Positions 41,096 to 52,062 of a DNA stretch of 64,000 nt are shown in pieces. Each line of letters opens with the position of its first letter. The stretch's first letter is position 1. The stretch is taken from the NCBI GenBank assembly GCA_044360075.1, contig JBIKLA010000005.1:84095-148094 (forward strand). Direction: 5' to 3'. This DNA comes from Bdellovibrionota bacterium (GTDB taxonomy: Bacteria; Bdellovibrionota_C; UBA2361; OMII01). Below the pieces are notes generated by a model. The model saw only the letters and a program-made list of their open reading frames with translations, ran no database searches and was not told the DNA's origin. The translations under genes and the position numbers were made by a program.

Positions 41096-41136
41096 AGAGC
41101 ACGCTGGGGATTTCAAGTTAACGATTAGGTGGCGTC

Positions 41137-41391
<255 letters not shown>

Positions 41392-41424
41392 GCGCCAGTA
41401 GCACACACGTGCTGTGTATTTGGA

Positions 41425-41472
41425 GAAAGGAGTTCGGGAGGAAAGCTGCCGGGCTCCTTTTTTCTTGGCTGC
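41425..41472 (+). terminator. possible attenuator or terminator hairpin between rpmA and obg
   Basis: GGAGTTCGGGAGG-AAAG-CTGCCGGGCTCC followed by TTTTTTCTT. Confidence 0.3.
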
Positions 41473-41498
41473 TGCCTTAGGCGGCGGCGGGGGAAACG

Positions 41499-42554
41499 AT
41501 GAAGTTTATCGATGAAGCGGTCATAGAGGTGAAGGCGGGGAAGGGGGGCGCGGGTGCCCGGCACTTCCGCCGCGAGAAGTTCGTGCCGCTCGGGGGCCCG
41601 GACGGCGGCAATGGCGGCCGCGGCGGCTCGGTGATCCTGCGAGCGGATCCGAACGTGCATACACTTCTCGACTTTAAGTTTCAGGCCGTGTGGGAAGCGC
41701 TGGGCGGCGATGCCGGTGGCGGCTCGCGCAAGGACGGGAAAGCAGGCGATGACATAGTCATTAAGCTGCCGGTTGGTACGCAGGTCTTCAAGTATAATGC
41801 TGAGACGCAGGAGGCGCGCGAGCTCGTTGTCGATCTCGACGCTGCCGATCGAGATGTCGTGCTTGCCAAGGGCGGCCGGGGAGGAAAGGGCAACTCATTC
41901 TTCAAGACCTCTACAAACCAGGCGCCGGAGTACGCGCAGCCGGGCGAAGAGGGCGAGGCCGGGTCGTACATGCTCTCGCTCAAGCTTGTGGCGGATGTCG
42001 GGCTGGTCGGGTTCCCGAACGCTGGGAAGTCGACGCTCATTTCGCGCATCTCTGCGGCGAGACCGAAGATCGCCGACTATCCGTTCACGACGCTTGTTCC
42101 GAACCTTGGGGTCGTGCAGGCGAAGGGCGGGCGCTCATTTGTCGTAGCCGACATCCCGGGCCTTATTCCGGGCGCAAGTGAAGGAAAGGGGCTTGGAATC
42201 CGCTTTTTGAAGCACGTTGAGCGCACCAAGATAATCGCCCACCTCGTCAATCTGACGCAGCTCACCGAGGATGGCGAAGAGGCGAATCTCGAAGAGCTCT
42301 TTGACTGCATCAACGCCGAGCTCAAGAGCTTTTCGGAGGAGCTGGCGGCGCGCGAGCAGATCGTTGTGTTGACGAAGTCTGACTCGGTGTCCTCGCCGGA
42401 GCGGCTTGAGTTTTTTCGCAAGCGCTTTAAGGAGCGTGGCTACGACGTGATGGTTATTTCAAGTGTCGTGGGCACCGGCATCGATGAGCTCATCGAGCGG
42501 ATTGCAAAGAGCGTCTTTCGCGACGCACCGGGCGCCTCGAAGCAGCAGGGTTAG
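41499..42554 (+). CDS. obg: GTPase Obg/CgtA
   Basis: Obg fold N-terminus (MKFIDEAVIEVKAGKGG), G-motifs (GFPNAGKST, DIPGLI). Confidence 0.9.
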   Translation: MKFIDEAVIEVKAGKGGAGARHFRREKFVPLGGPDGGNGGRGGSVILRADPNVHTLLDFKFQAVWEALGGDAGGGSRKDGKAGDDIVIKLPVGTQVFKYNAETQEARELVVDLDAADRDVVLAKGGRGGKGNSFFKTSTNQAPEYAQPGEEGEAGSYMLSLKLVADVGLVGFPNAGKSTLISRISAARPKIADYPFTTLVPNLGVVQAKGGRSFVVADIPGLIPGASEGKGLGIRFLKHVERTKIIAHLVNLTQLTEDGEEANLEELFDCINAELKSFSEELAAREQIVVLTKSDSVSSPERLEFFRKRFKERGYDVMVISSVVGTGIDELIERIAKSVFRDAPGASKQQG

Positions 42555-43429
42555 TCGTGGTTCTTGTGGGACCATGGCTGAAAGCCGATCACGGCTTCAA
42601 TTACGTCGCTTAGCCATAGCCGTATCTCAGAAAGCTTGCAGCCCAGCAGCGGCCTACTGAACGCAGTATTCCAGTTCTGGCTGCGCACGCGCTCGTGCAT
42701 GACCTTAGGGTGAGCGCCGGTGAATTTCTTGAGGCCATAAATGTGCTCATACTCAAAGGTCTCAAAATCGGCGTCGCGCTCGTTGCCGTGCCAGAGGCGG
42801 TGAAAGAGCTTGCTCTTGACGGCCATAGTTTGAGGCGGCCGCACCCAACCGTAATGGTAGACGGTGCCGTTTGCGGGCTGGGTCTTGAGCCTTCGCTCAG
42901 GCGACCTCATAAAGCGCTTCGCGTGAATTCGAAAGCCCTGTGCGTCGCCGCGGCTGCGGGCTCCGGAGCTCTTTCTGACGATGCGGACCTCGTCCCGGTA
43001 CCAGAGGCGAGATGTTGCTATGGTGTCGAATGACCCATAGAAGTGGGCGTAACTAAAGTGCAGGCCCTCAACGTTGGGGTCGTTTGCAAAGCGCTCCACC
43101 TGCTGCTTGATAGCGGCGATGTCCTGCTCGTGCAGCACCTCATCGGCCTGGATGTAGAGGCACCAATCGTTCTGGCAGAGATCGAGAACCTCGTTGGTTT
43201 TTTCGCTCAGGAGGCGCCCGCCCTCGGTTTTGGAGGGGTCCCACACGGTGTCGACGATGCGGATCTTAGGGTCGCCGATAGCCTCAACGAGCTCTCGGGA
43301 ATTGTCCTCGGACTTGCCGACGCCGACGATCATCTCATCGACGACGGGGAGGCAGCTTTTGATAGACTCAACGAAGGGGTACCCCATGAGGGCGCCATTC
43401 TTCACGATCGTAAAACCACTAATCTTCAT
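42551..43429 (-). CDS. soluble GT2-family (GT-A fold) glycosyltransferase
   Basis: N-terminal GT2 motifs (FTIVKNGA...VDEMIVGVGKSEDNS) and DxD-like ADEV; no TM segments. Confidence 0.55.
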   Translation of the reverse strand: MKISGFTIVKNGALMGYPFVESIKSCLPVVDEMIVGVGKSEDNSRELVEAIGDPKIRIVDTVWDPSKTEGGRLLSEKTNEVLDLCQNDWCLYIQADEVLHEQDIAAIKQQVERFANDPNVEGLHFSYAHFYGSFDTIATSRLWYRDEVRIVRKSSGARSRGDAQGFRIHAKRFMRSPERRLKTQPANGTVYHYGWVRPPQTMAVKSKLFHRLWHGNERDADFETFEYEHIYGLKKFTGAHPKVMHERVRSQNWNTAFSRPLLGCKLSEIRLWLSDVIEAVIGFQPWSHKNHD

Positions 43430-43740
43430 CGCTGCTCATGCTACCCGATCTGGCTGTGCACCTATAGCCATGTGGCGGCTAAAATCTCGCCGATGCACCG
43501 GCGAGCCACAACCGTGTTTTTGGGGGAGCGTGATCAGGTTCCTTGTACGAGCGGCCGCATGCGCAACCAGAAGGTCGATAAAATCAGCGATTTCAGTTTG
43601 TTGGCGACCGAATAGCGTTGCTAGTGATAGTATTTTGGGGCGCTGGAATTGACTCTGCCGGGACGTCTGGTAAAGCAGTTTCCTAAGTGTGTGTGGAGAG
43701 GCGCTAGGCTACATTTTTTGCTCTCCATTCGTGAGTCCGC

Positions 43741-44461
43741 TATGAGTGCCTTTCCGATCCTCATGTATCATCAGGTTGACGCGATTGCACCGAAGTATGG
43801 CGCAGACGGCGCACGAGCGCGGCACCGCGGGCTGACGGTTCCAGTTGGACAATTCGCGCGGCAAATGGGGCTTCTCAAGGCGCTGGGATACCGCGGGGTG
43901 AGCATGTCGGACTTAATGCCCTACTTGCGTGGCGAGAAACGCGGGAAGGTTGTCGGAATCACCTTTGATGATGGCTACCGCAACAACCTTACCAACGCAC
44001 TGCCTGTGCTAAGGCGCTATGGATTTTCTTCTACATGCTATGTGGTGAGTGGGCTCGTCGGCGCAACGAATACCTGGGACCGCAAGAACCATGTCGTTGA
44101 GAAGCCGCTCATGACTGCTGACGAGGTGCGTGAGTGGATTGCTGCGGGCCAAGAAGTGGGCTCGCACACCTGCCACCATGTCGACCTTAGGGAAGTACAT
44201 GGAGAGGCGGCGAAGGCCGAGATACAGGGCTCAAAAGCGCAGCTTGAGGCTCTGACTGGCGTGCCGTGCAGGCATTTTTGCTACCCCTATGGCAGCTACC
44301 GTTCTGAGCATGTAGGGTTGGTACGGGAAGCCGGCTACGAAAGCGCCACAACAACGGTGCCTGGGCGTGCGGGTGGTGAGGGTGAGCTACTTGAGCTCCC
44401 GCGCATCGGTGTGTTCAAAGGGACACTGTTGCCCAAGTTTTTCTGGGGGATTCGGAGTTGA
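43741..44461 (+). CDS. NodB-homology polysaccharide deacetylase
   Basis: ILMYHQV, TFDDGY and CYPYG motifs; the 3' end overlaps the GT4 start. Confidence 0.75.
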
Positions 44462-45681
44462 AGAACGGCGTGCTCAAGGTTGCCATCCTTAACCGCAACT
44501 TCTTCCGGAGCGCCGGTGGGGCGGAGAGCTATTCCGTGTCGATAGCAGAGGGCTTGGCCGACCACCGCAACGCGCGTGGCGAGCACGACTTTGAGGTGCA
44601 CGTGTGGAGCCAGAACTGCGACCACAACTACCCTGGGATCACTTACCATACAGTCCCGGGCAAGATACGCCGCCGCTGGATTAATCAGCTCTGGTATTCG
44701 CTGTATACCTGGTGGCATACCCGGTCCGGGTACGACATCGTGCACTCGCATGAAAATACCTGGCACGGAAACGTGCAGACGGCGCATGTGCGCCCAGTGC
44801 GATATCACCTCATGGAGGGGCTGCAAGGGCTCAAGCGGGTGATGCGGTGGCTTAAGATTGTGACGAGCCCTCGGCTTTTGTTCTACGTGTGGGTCGAGTC
44901 GGCGCGCCATGCACCCAAGGGGAATCGGGTAGTGGTGGCAGTGTCGGATGCAGTGCGGCAGCAGACGCTTCTTGCTTTTCCATCATGCGACCCTCAAATG
45001 CCGGTCATTCCGCCGGGGGTCAGTAAGCCTAATGAGACCCTTGGACAGCGCGAAGCTCGCGAGCAGCTTGGCCTGCCAGTTGATGGGACGCTTATCCTTT
45101 TTTGTGGCAATGACTATGCGCGCAAGGGGCTGCCGCACCTTCTTGGAGCGCTTGAAGAGATCCGCTCGCAGGCGGGAGTGTCGGCAGATCTGCCGCACCT
45201 TGTGGTTGTGGGGGATCCCTCGCAGATCGCCCAGCACAAAGAGAAAGCCGATGCGCTGGGCGTGTTGAACCTCGTGCACTTTGTGGGGCGCTGCTCGGAC
45301 ATGGCGGTTGCGTACCGCGCCGCGGATGTCTTGGTGCATCCCACCCTTGAGGATAGCTTCGCTATGGTGGTGCTTGAGGCGATGAACTATGGCGTGCCGG
45401 TCATCGTGAGCGGACCGCGCTACTGCGGCATCAGCGCGTTTCTTGAGAGTGGCCGGGAGGCTGTGCTGCTTGATGACCCGCGAGACATTGAGGCGCTGGC
45501 GAGGGAGATCGAGAGGGTGCTTTCCTCGGATGTGCTGAAGCGCTCGCTGGCAGAGCAGGGTAGGGCCTTTGCCGCGCAGCGCCAGTGGTCGCATTCTGTT
45601 GAGCTCTACGCGGGTCTCTTTAAGCGGATGTGTGGCATACGTGACGCACATGCGCAGGGCGTTGAGGCAAACAACAGGTAG
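44458..45681 (+). CDS. GT4 glycosyltransferase
   Basis: EDSFAMVVLEAMNYGVPVIVS (E-x7-E GT4 motif). Confidence 0.8.
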   Translation: MKNGVLKVAILNRNFFRSAGGAESYSVSIAEGLADHRNARGEHDFEVHVWSQNCDHNYPGITYHTVPGKIRRRWINQLWYSLYTWWHTRSGYDIVHSHENTWHGNVQTAHVRPVRYHLMEGLQGLKRVMRWLKIVTSPRLLFYVWVESARHAPKGNRVVVAVSDAVRQQTLLAFPSCDPQMPVIPPGVSKPNETLGQREAREQLGLPVDGTLILFCGNDYARKGLPHLLGALEEIRSQAGVSADLPHLVVVGDPSQIAQHKEKADALGVLNLVHFVGRCSDMAVAYRAADVLVHPTLEDSFAMVVLEAMNYGVPVIVSGPRYCGISAFLESGREAVLLDDPRDIEALAREIERVLSSDVLKRSLAEQGRAFAAQRQWSHSVELYAGLFKRMCGIRDAHAQGVEANNR

Positions 45682-45688
45682 TATTTCG

Positions 45689-46618
45689 ATGAAGGCGCTT
45701 GGTCAGTTTCTCGGGTATGTGGCGGTCCGCGGGTTCTTTGGGGCGCTGGCGCTTCTTCCGCAGGAGGCTCGCATAGGCTTTTTCCGAACGCTCTTTGTGC
45801 TGGCGACGAAGGTCGTGCCGAGGCTTCGAAGGATATCAATACGCAACCTCGAGCTTGCGTTCCCCGAGAAAGATGACGCCTGGCGGCGAGAGATCTTTTC
45901 GAAGAACTTAACTGAGATGTCGCGCCTCCTTGCCGACACGGTTCGGATGCCGTCGCTGGATGAGGCGTGGGTGCGCACGCATGTGCGGTGCGATTTCCTG
46001 CCAGAGTATGTGGACCGCCTTAAGAAGATGGATGGCAAGGGATGGCTTATCGCAACTGGCCACCTGGGCAGCTTTGAGCTGCTTGGGCACACGATAGGAG
46101 TGCTGGGCTATCCGCTATCGGCTATCGCCAGAAAGTTCCGCAACCCCATGCTTGATCGCTGGTGGACTAAGCTTCGTGAGGGAAGCGGCAATACGATCAT
46201 TGATCGGCGCGGAGCATTCAAGGCGATGGTGTCGCACGTAAGCAAGGGCCGCTCGGTGGCGGTGCTTTTTGACCAGAACGTCACTCGTAACTACGCGGTA
46301 TTTCCCCTGTGGTTTAGGGTTCCGGCTGCGACGACGCGGGCCCTGGCTCTGGCGGCGATCAAGACGGAAGCTCCCGTCGTCGTGGCCTCGATTCGATACA
46401 GCGGCAGCGACAACTACTCGATTGAGGCGTGTGAATGCCAGACCGAGGACATCTACCGGGACACGGTAATGCCTATGGATGACAAGGTGCTTCTTCTGAC
46501 ACAGCGGCTCTCTGACCACTACTGCCGCATGATAGTAGAGTTCCCCGAGGGGTGGTTTTGGCTGCACCGGCGCTGGGCCACCCAGTCGGATGAGAACGCG
46601 CCCTCAGTATACCGCTAG
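45689..46618 (+). CDS. LpxL/HtrB-family lipid A (Kdo2-lipid IVA) late acyltransferase-like protein
   Basis: N-terminal TM; lysophospholipid/lipid A acyltransferase family similarity (GHLGSFELLGH, NYAVFPLWF); the ATG is at 45689. Confidence 0.65.
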   Translation: MKALGQFLGYVAVRGFFGALALLPQEARIGFFRTLFVLATKVVPRLRRISIRNLELAFPEKDDAWRREIFSKNLTEMSRLLADTVRMPSLDEAWVRTHVRCDFLPEYVDRLKKMDGKGWLIATGHLGSFELLGHTIGVLGYPLSAIARKFRNPMLDRWWTKLREGSGNTIIDRRGAFKAMVSHVSKGRSVAVLFDQNVTRNYAVFPLWFRVPAATTRALALAAIKTEAPVVVASIRYSGSDNYSIEACECQTEDIYRDTVMPMDDKVLLLTQRLSDHYCRMIVEFPEGWFWLHRRWATQSDENAPSVYR

Positions 46619-46624
46619 CTCAGC
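46469..46624 (+). repeat. left copy of a ~150-bp imperfect direct repeat (the 3' end of the acyltransferase gene)
   Basis: ~85% identical to 49418..49569. Confidence 0.8.
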
Positions 46625-46968
46625 GCCTCACCGTGTTTTTGTCGTACGCTTGAGGTGGTTTCTAATCCGAAGAGCTTGTCAAAGCTGCACGATGTTGTGG
46701 CGAGGCACCTGAGAGGTGACGCAGGTCGCTTTGAGGCCCCCCTTTGTGATGGCCGGTCCGGAGCTGGGGCTCGACGTGTCTTGGTAAGTGAGGACCTCAA
46801 GGCATCTCACGAACTCGGGATCCCCTTTTCTGCCTTTGTGCATGAACACGGCCTCGCAAACCTCCTAAGCGCAGCCGTGTGGGTGCTGGGTGCCTAGCAA
46901 CATCCGCTCAATATGGCGGCTTTCGGGGATGCGTGGCTCCGGAAGGAGTCCGCTACAGGAGGCTCCAA

Positions 46969-47553
46969 CTAATAGCGAACACCGCCCTTCTTCACATAGC
47001 TTGCCAGCACCTGACACGACTCTTGCGCCAGAACTCCTTCTATCACTTCGACAGCACGCTCGGGGGGCTGCTTGGTTCTTAAAAGCTCTGCCCAATTCGA
47101 GGGGACTGGGCCTTCATCAAATCCGCCGATCTCGGTTGTTTGTTCGATAGACGTTCCCGTAACTACTCTTCGAACCCCTGACCACCAAATATTTCCAAAA
47201 CACTGAATACACGGCTGAGAGCTTGTAACTAGCTCTAATGCCGGGAGATGCGGCGCGCCGAGATTAAAGGTTTGCAAAACTTGCTGACTCACCATGATCG
47301 CCACAGATTCCGCATGCGCAATGGAGCACAACTCTACCTCAACGCGATTAACACCCGGAGCAATGAGCACGCCGCTATCTCGTTCGAAGACAGCCGCACC
47401 AAAAGGCCCTCCTGTACTGTAGTCGACATTTCGTTGCGCCAATGAAATCACAAAACGCATTCTCTCCTCGATTGACGCGTACCGTACGCCCGGGCGCACC
47501 TCACGCTGAAGCCACTCGGGCAATTGTATGGACACACTTGGGAAGGAAGACAT
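46969..47553 (-). CDS. CDA-fold nucleoside/nucleotide deaminase (guanine / cytidine-dCMP deaminase-like)
   Basis: Zinc motifs HAE and PCIQC; the gene GC is lower than its neighbours. Confidence 0.7.
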   Translation of the reverse strand: MSSFPSVSIQLPEWLQREVRPGVRYASIEERMRFVISLAQRNVDYSTGGPFGAAVFERDSGVLIAPGVNRVEVELCSIAHAESVAIMVSQQVLQTFNLGAPHLPALELVTSSQPCIQCFGNIWWSGVRRVVTGTSIEQTTEIGGFDEGPVPSNWAELLRTKQPPERAVEVIEGVLAQESCQVLASYVKKGGVRY

Positions 47554-48017
47554 GCGAATACTCCTGATAAAACGGGCGGCAAAGCGATGATGAACTCAAA
47601 CCCTCTGGTTACTTCCTTCGGATCCTCTGGCATATTCTTAAGGAATGTACCTGTGTTGAAGAGAGAGCCACCCCCAGAGCCGTGCCAGCTCTCAACGCGT
47701 CGATTGCAACCTTATCTCTGTCGCAATTTACTCTAGCAATCTGAATAATCCAGTCACAACATGCGACCTTTTGATTTATTGGGCGTTAAATAACCTCATG
47801 GGGGCCTCGCCGTCATCATTTGTCGGGAGATATTCGGTGCTCGCCATGTACAAGGCAGCTACGTCGACAGGGATAAAGAGCTGAAAGCTCCTCATATCCC
47901 CATGGAGATAGAGTAACGGGACTACACGGTGTCTTGCGTGCTCCCGGCCGTACTCACCCCGTACCGAGTATACCTCTGGAGTGCGTTAGCTGCGCGTGCA
48001 GCTAATGCTTCTATCCA

Positions 48018-49174
48018 CTAGTCGGTGCCGCTGTCGTTCTCGGCCAGATGGATCTTTCCCTCACGCAGGTAAACGCGCTTTACGGCGATTCCAAGCTCAC
48101 GTTCATACCGTTTTACCGCTTTTGCCTGAGGCCCACAGACCAATGACAAGGTGACCCCACGCTCTCCCGCCCGCCCAGTTCGTCCTGCTCGGTGTAGGTA
48201 GGCGCTACTCTCCGTAGGAACATCGAGGTTGAACACGTGGGTCACCCCCTTGATATCGAGCCCACGAGCCGCAACGTCAGAAGCGATAAGAACGTCAACC
48301 GCACCGCTTCGAATGCTATCCATCGCTCTTTTACGATCCTCCTTATCGTGGGCTCCGTGAAGATCGGCAACGCGCATCTTGTGATGAGCAAGCTTACTCG
48401 CCAAGATCTCTGCACTCTCATTTTTATGAACAAAAACCATGGCTTTATCGGGCTTCATCGCGTGAATGAGCTTGCGCACGAGGTCAGGCTTGTCCCTCTC
48501 TTCACAGACCAGATACAGATGCTCGATATTCGAGTTGACGGGCGGTGCTCCCGTTTTTATTCGGGCAATATCAGGGGCAAGCGTCGCAATCGCCTCTGCG
48601 GCCTCTGTGCGCTCGGTGGCTGACGCGAAGATAAATGCGCGATCGCGCAGAGTAGATTTTGCTATCACTCTCAGGTCATCGAGACTTTCGGAGGTAAGGA
48701 CCCGATCTGCTTCGTCGACAACGATGGCTCGTACATAGTGCGTCTTGAGCTTGCCGTCTTCTATCAGCTCGCGGATGCGCCCGGGAGAGCCGATCACGAC
48801 ATGCGGCTTCTTCTTCAACTTTTCGAGCTGTCGCTCTCGCGGAGTTCCTCCGATGAGGAGGACGACCCGAATCGGGAGTCCAGAAAGCTGTGATAGATTT
48901 GTACACTCACGCTGAATTTGAATCGCAAGCTCGTGGGTTGGTGCAATCACCATCACCTGCGCGTTGGCGAGTTTCGGATCGATCCTCGAGTACAACGGCA
49001 ATAGGTAGGCTAACGTCTTACCGGTCCCGGTTTCTGCCTGCAGATACGCGCTCTTTCCTTGAAGGAGCTCTGGGATGGCGGCTGCCTGGATTGGTGTAGG
49101 CTCCCCGATGGATTGCTTTGTCAAAGCGATTATGAGGTCAGGATGAACACCTAACTCGGCGAATGTCGGACTCA
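48018..49174 (-). CDS. DEAD-box ATP-dependent RNA helicase
   Basis: Q-motif; AETGTGKT; DEAD (VVDEAD); SAT; HRAGRTGRAG; the start was taken at MSPTFAELGV. Confidence 0.85.
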
Positions 49175-49417
49175 TGGCGGACCTTGTGAAACGCGCTAAG
49201 CATGCGAGGAAAGTACACTTATACAGCCTTGCGATCCGACAAGCAAAAAGACTCTCAAAAGATTGGGCAACGCTCCTCCCTGGTGAAAGGGCCGCGTATG
49301 CAACGGGCACCGGCCGTTGTGCCCGACCACCCCGAAATGTTCACCCTCTCGTGCACCTTGGCAGCGATATTGGTCCTGAAGATACCCACAATAATGTTAA
49401 GGGCAGGAACATCAACT

Positions 49418-49569
49418 CACCTGGATGGCAAGGTGCTGATCTTGACGCAGCGGCTCTCTAAGCACTACTGCCGCATCATAGCAGAGTGACCTCAGGGGTG
49501 GTTTTGGCTGCACCAGGGCTGGGCGAGCAAGCCGGATGAGAGAGCGCCTTCGGTATACCGCTAGCGAAG
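49418..49569 (+). pseudogene. degenerate duplicate of the acyltransferase 3' end (right direct repeat), with an in-frame TGA
   Basis: Encodes DGKVLILTQRLSKHYCRIIAE* versus DDKVLLLTQRLSDHYCRMIVEFPEGW... in the intact copy. Confidence 0.6.
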
Positions 49570-49573
49570 CGCC

Positions 49574-49966
49574 TTACTTCTTGTGCTCGTTGAAGAGCGC
49601 GGCGAAGCCCTTAAGAGAACCCTCGGGCACGTTTGCCTCAAGCTTCCTCCAGTCGACATCTAGCACCTGTCCGATCGCTTGTTTAGCGCCCTTAGGCACG
49701 TGGCTTGGGAACTTGTTAGGATGGTGCCGTTTGAGCTGATTGTCGTACGAAACCTGATATCCACCGGGAACGTCGACGTGCGCGTGCGTGATAACCTCGC
49801 CGTTCTCGATGCGCGGCTTGTCACGCCGCGCGGTGTACCTGCCGACCGTAGCGCGTGTCGCCTCGTCAAGCAGGACCGGACGCACGGGGAGCGAGAGGCT
49901 CTCGGTTGGGCGCTCCTGTCGCTGGCCCTCTTTTTGGGCGACAAACTCTTTGAAGCTAAGTCCCAT
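49574..49966 (-). CDS. hypothetical protein (~130 aa)
   Basis: An ORF only (MGLSFKEFVAQKEG...). Confidence 0.3.
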   Translation of the reverse strand: MGLSFKEFVAQKEGQRQERPTESLSLPVRPVLLDEATRATVGRYTARRDKPRIENGEVITHAHVDVPGGYQVSYDNQLKRHHPNKFPSHVPKGAKQAIGQVLDVDWRKLEANVPEGSLKGFAALFNEHKK

Positions 49967-50114
49967 GTCGATACTCCGAAAAAACGTGGTTCTTGAGGAG
50001 TTTAACAGCCGGAAGACACTACTCAAGCAAAATGCGGCGAGCGGGACCGGTAAGTCTTGGCAAGGGTGCTGGGCCACCTAGGGGGCACAAAGCGTCTTTT
50101 CGCATCGCCTAACC

Positions 50115-52052
50115 GTGCGATATTATTCCCGCATGTCAGAGGCCTGCCAAAACTACCACATCCTCATAAAGCTCTTTCCGCTGCTGTGCATCGTTGCCTT
50201 TACGGGTTTCGTGCAGGGGCGGGGATTTTTGTGGTGCATCGTGGCCGGAACGGCACTCTACCATGTTCTCAACTTCACGATTCCGCTGGTGCTCGGGAAC
50301 CTTGGATTCCTTCTTCCAAACCATTACAGCGCAGTGATGATCACAGTGTCTGTAGTCCTTGTGGCGATAGGTGCCTACTCGCTGCAGAAGGCAGTTTGGA
50401 GCGGGGGCCTACGTGAGAGAATTTCGGCTCTTCGCTTTCGGCCGCACTGGTTTGATATTCCGATTCTGCTGGCGGTTGCCCAGGCGTTTAAGAATGTGGG
50501 AATTGAGCACCGCTTTGGCTGGGTAGAGGGGCCGGGCTTCTTCGATGCGGCGAACTACCATGTGCCGCGGGCGCTCATGTGGAGCTGGCACGGCAACATG
50601 GAGCCCTACATGACACCGGTGTGGCAGATGATCGCCCACCCCTTCGGCGGCTCGGCTTCACTTCTTTCGCCGGTTCTCTTTGGCTGCGGATGGCTCGGAG
50701 GGGGGTATGCTTCGGAGGTGCTCTCGCTTGGTGGAGCAGCTGCCGTGGCGATGCTCGGCCGTAGCTTTGGCTTTTCTGGGCGGGGTGCGCTGCTCGCAGC
50801 AGTCGCCTTCATCTCGTTTCCTCCCGTTGGGCTTCGGATGTCGGACGTGAATACTGATATCGCGGGAACGTTTCCGATTATCGCGGCAGCAGCGCTCTTT
50901 CGGGGAGCGGGCTCGCTTGGGGAGGCGGTGTTCCTCTTCCTCGCCCTGACGGGCCTGGGGTCGGCGTGCAAGCAGTATGCGGGATTCGTCGCCGCGCCAA
51001 TCGGGCTGATGCTCGCCTACCCCAGCTTCAAGAGGATCTTCACCGATGTGAGGGTTATCGGCGCGGGCTTTGCCGGCGGGGTTGTGGCTGCGGTTTTTAT
51101 GTTCCTGTCGCTGCGGCCGGTGTACCTCGCATTCGGCGACTTCTCAGGGGGAGGAACCGCGGTGGGCCTCACCAACTTCGCAATCGGGCTTGGCCCAACG
51201 TGGTCGGCCCTCATGTACTACCTGCTCACAACGGTCTTTGACCCATTTAGCTTTCTGCCGGACAACTGGCAGCTATTTGGAACCCAGTACACGCGCCGAG
51301 GCCTCTTTGAGGCGCTCCACGTTAACCAGATCTACAACTTTTTTGGGCACACTACATTCGGCGACTTTTCGATGATGAGCCAGGAGCGGAACAAGACGGG
51401 GATGCTCTCAATCCTGATCCTTCCGTGGTTGATCATGGGCTTTAAAAAGGGAACCCGCTGGCTGGTGTTTGGGAGTTTTACCATTATTTGCCTCTTCCAG
51501 TATGCACCGCTTGCCACAAACCACGTCGGGGCCCGCTTCGCCATCCTGCCGTTGGCAGCGTTTGCGCTGTTGTGGGGAGGACGCGCAAACACCAGGCCGG
51601 CGCTTGTGGCGCTATGCATCTTGGTTGCCCTCCTGTGCGACAGAAATTACCTGGAGGGCCGCGGATGGGCGGAGGAGTACAACCCGCTGACGGAGCAGAA
51701 CCGGGATCTCTTTCCGCTGGTGAAGAGCGACACGATAATTCTGCTTTCGAGCTCGCTCCCGCAGGACGCGTTCGTTGCTGGCCGGCTTGCGCAGGCGCGC
51801 TTCGAGTACGTGGTGTGCCCGCAGGACGGCGACTGGACAAGAACTCTCACAGAGTACAGGAAGGGCTACAAGTGGTTCCTGTTTTCCACAAAAGAGGCCA
51901 ATCCGATGCCGGGACCGAACTTTCCGACCCTGCTCTCGCCGCCATGCAAGGCGGTCGCGCTTAATGAGCTGCGCAGCTCGCTGACAAAAGCAGGCTGGAA
52001 GTATCAGAGGAACTTTGACCGCAGCCAGCTTGAGCTGTGGACGCTGCAGTAG
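50115..52052 (+). CDS. polytopic membrane protein, putative GT-C-type glycosyltransferase (ArnT/PMT-like architecture)
   Basis: More than 10 predicted TM helices plus a C-terminal soluble domain; it sits in a glycan/lipid A locus. Confidence 0.4.
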   Translation: MRYYSRMSEACQNYHILIKLFPLLCIVAFTGFVQGRGFLWCIVAGTALYHVLNFTIPLVLGNLGFLLPNHYSAVMITVSVVLVAIGAYSLQKAVWSGGLRERISALRFRPHWFDIPILLAVAQAFKNVGIEHRFGWVEGPGFFDAANYHVPRALMWSWHGNMEPYMTPVWQMIAHPFGGSASLLSPVLFGCGWLGGGYASEVLSLGGAAAVAMLGRSFGFSGRGALLAAVAFISFPPVGLRMSDVNTDIAGTFPIIAAAALFRGAGSLGEAVFLFLALTGLGSACKQYAGFVAAPIGLMLAYPSFKRIFTDVRVIGAGFAGGVVAAVFMFLSLRPVYLAFGDFSGGGTAVGLTNFAIGLGPTWSALMYYLLTTVFDPFSFLPDNWQLFGTQYTRRGLFEALHVNQIYNFFGHTTFGDFSMMSQERNKTGMLSILILPWLIMGFKKGTRWLVFGSFTIICLFQYAPLATNHVGARFAILPLAAFALLWGGRANTRPALVALCILVALLCDRNYLEGRGWAEEYNPLTEQNRDLFPLVKSDTIILLSSSLPQDAFVAGRLAQARFEYVVCPQDGDWTRTLTEYRKGYKWFLFSTKEANPMPGPNFPTLLSPPCKAVALNELRSSLTKAGWKYQRNFDRSQLELWTLQ

Positions 52053-52062
52053 CTAGCTGCGC

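Noticed and set aside
44335-45651. Minus-strand ORFs (191 and 222 aa)
   Set aside because: They are antisense to the well-supported GT4 and deacetylase genes.
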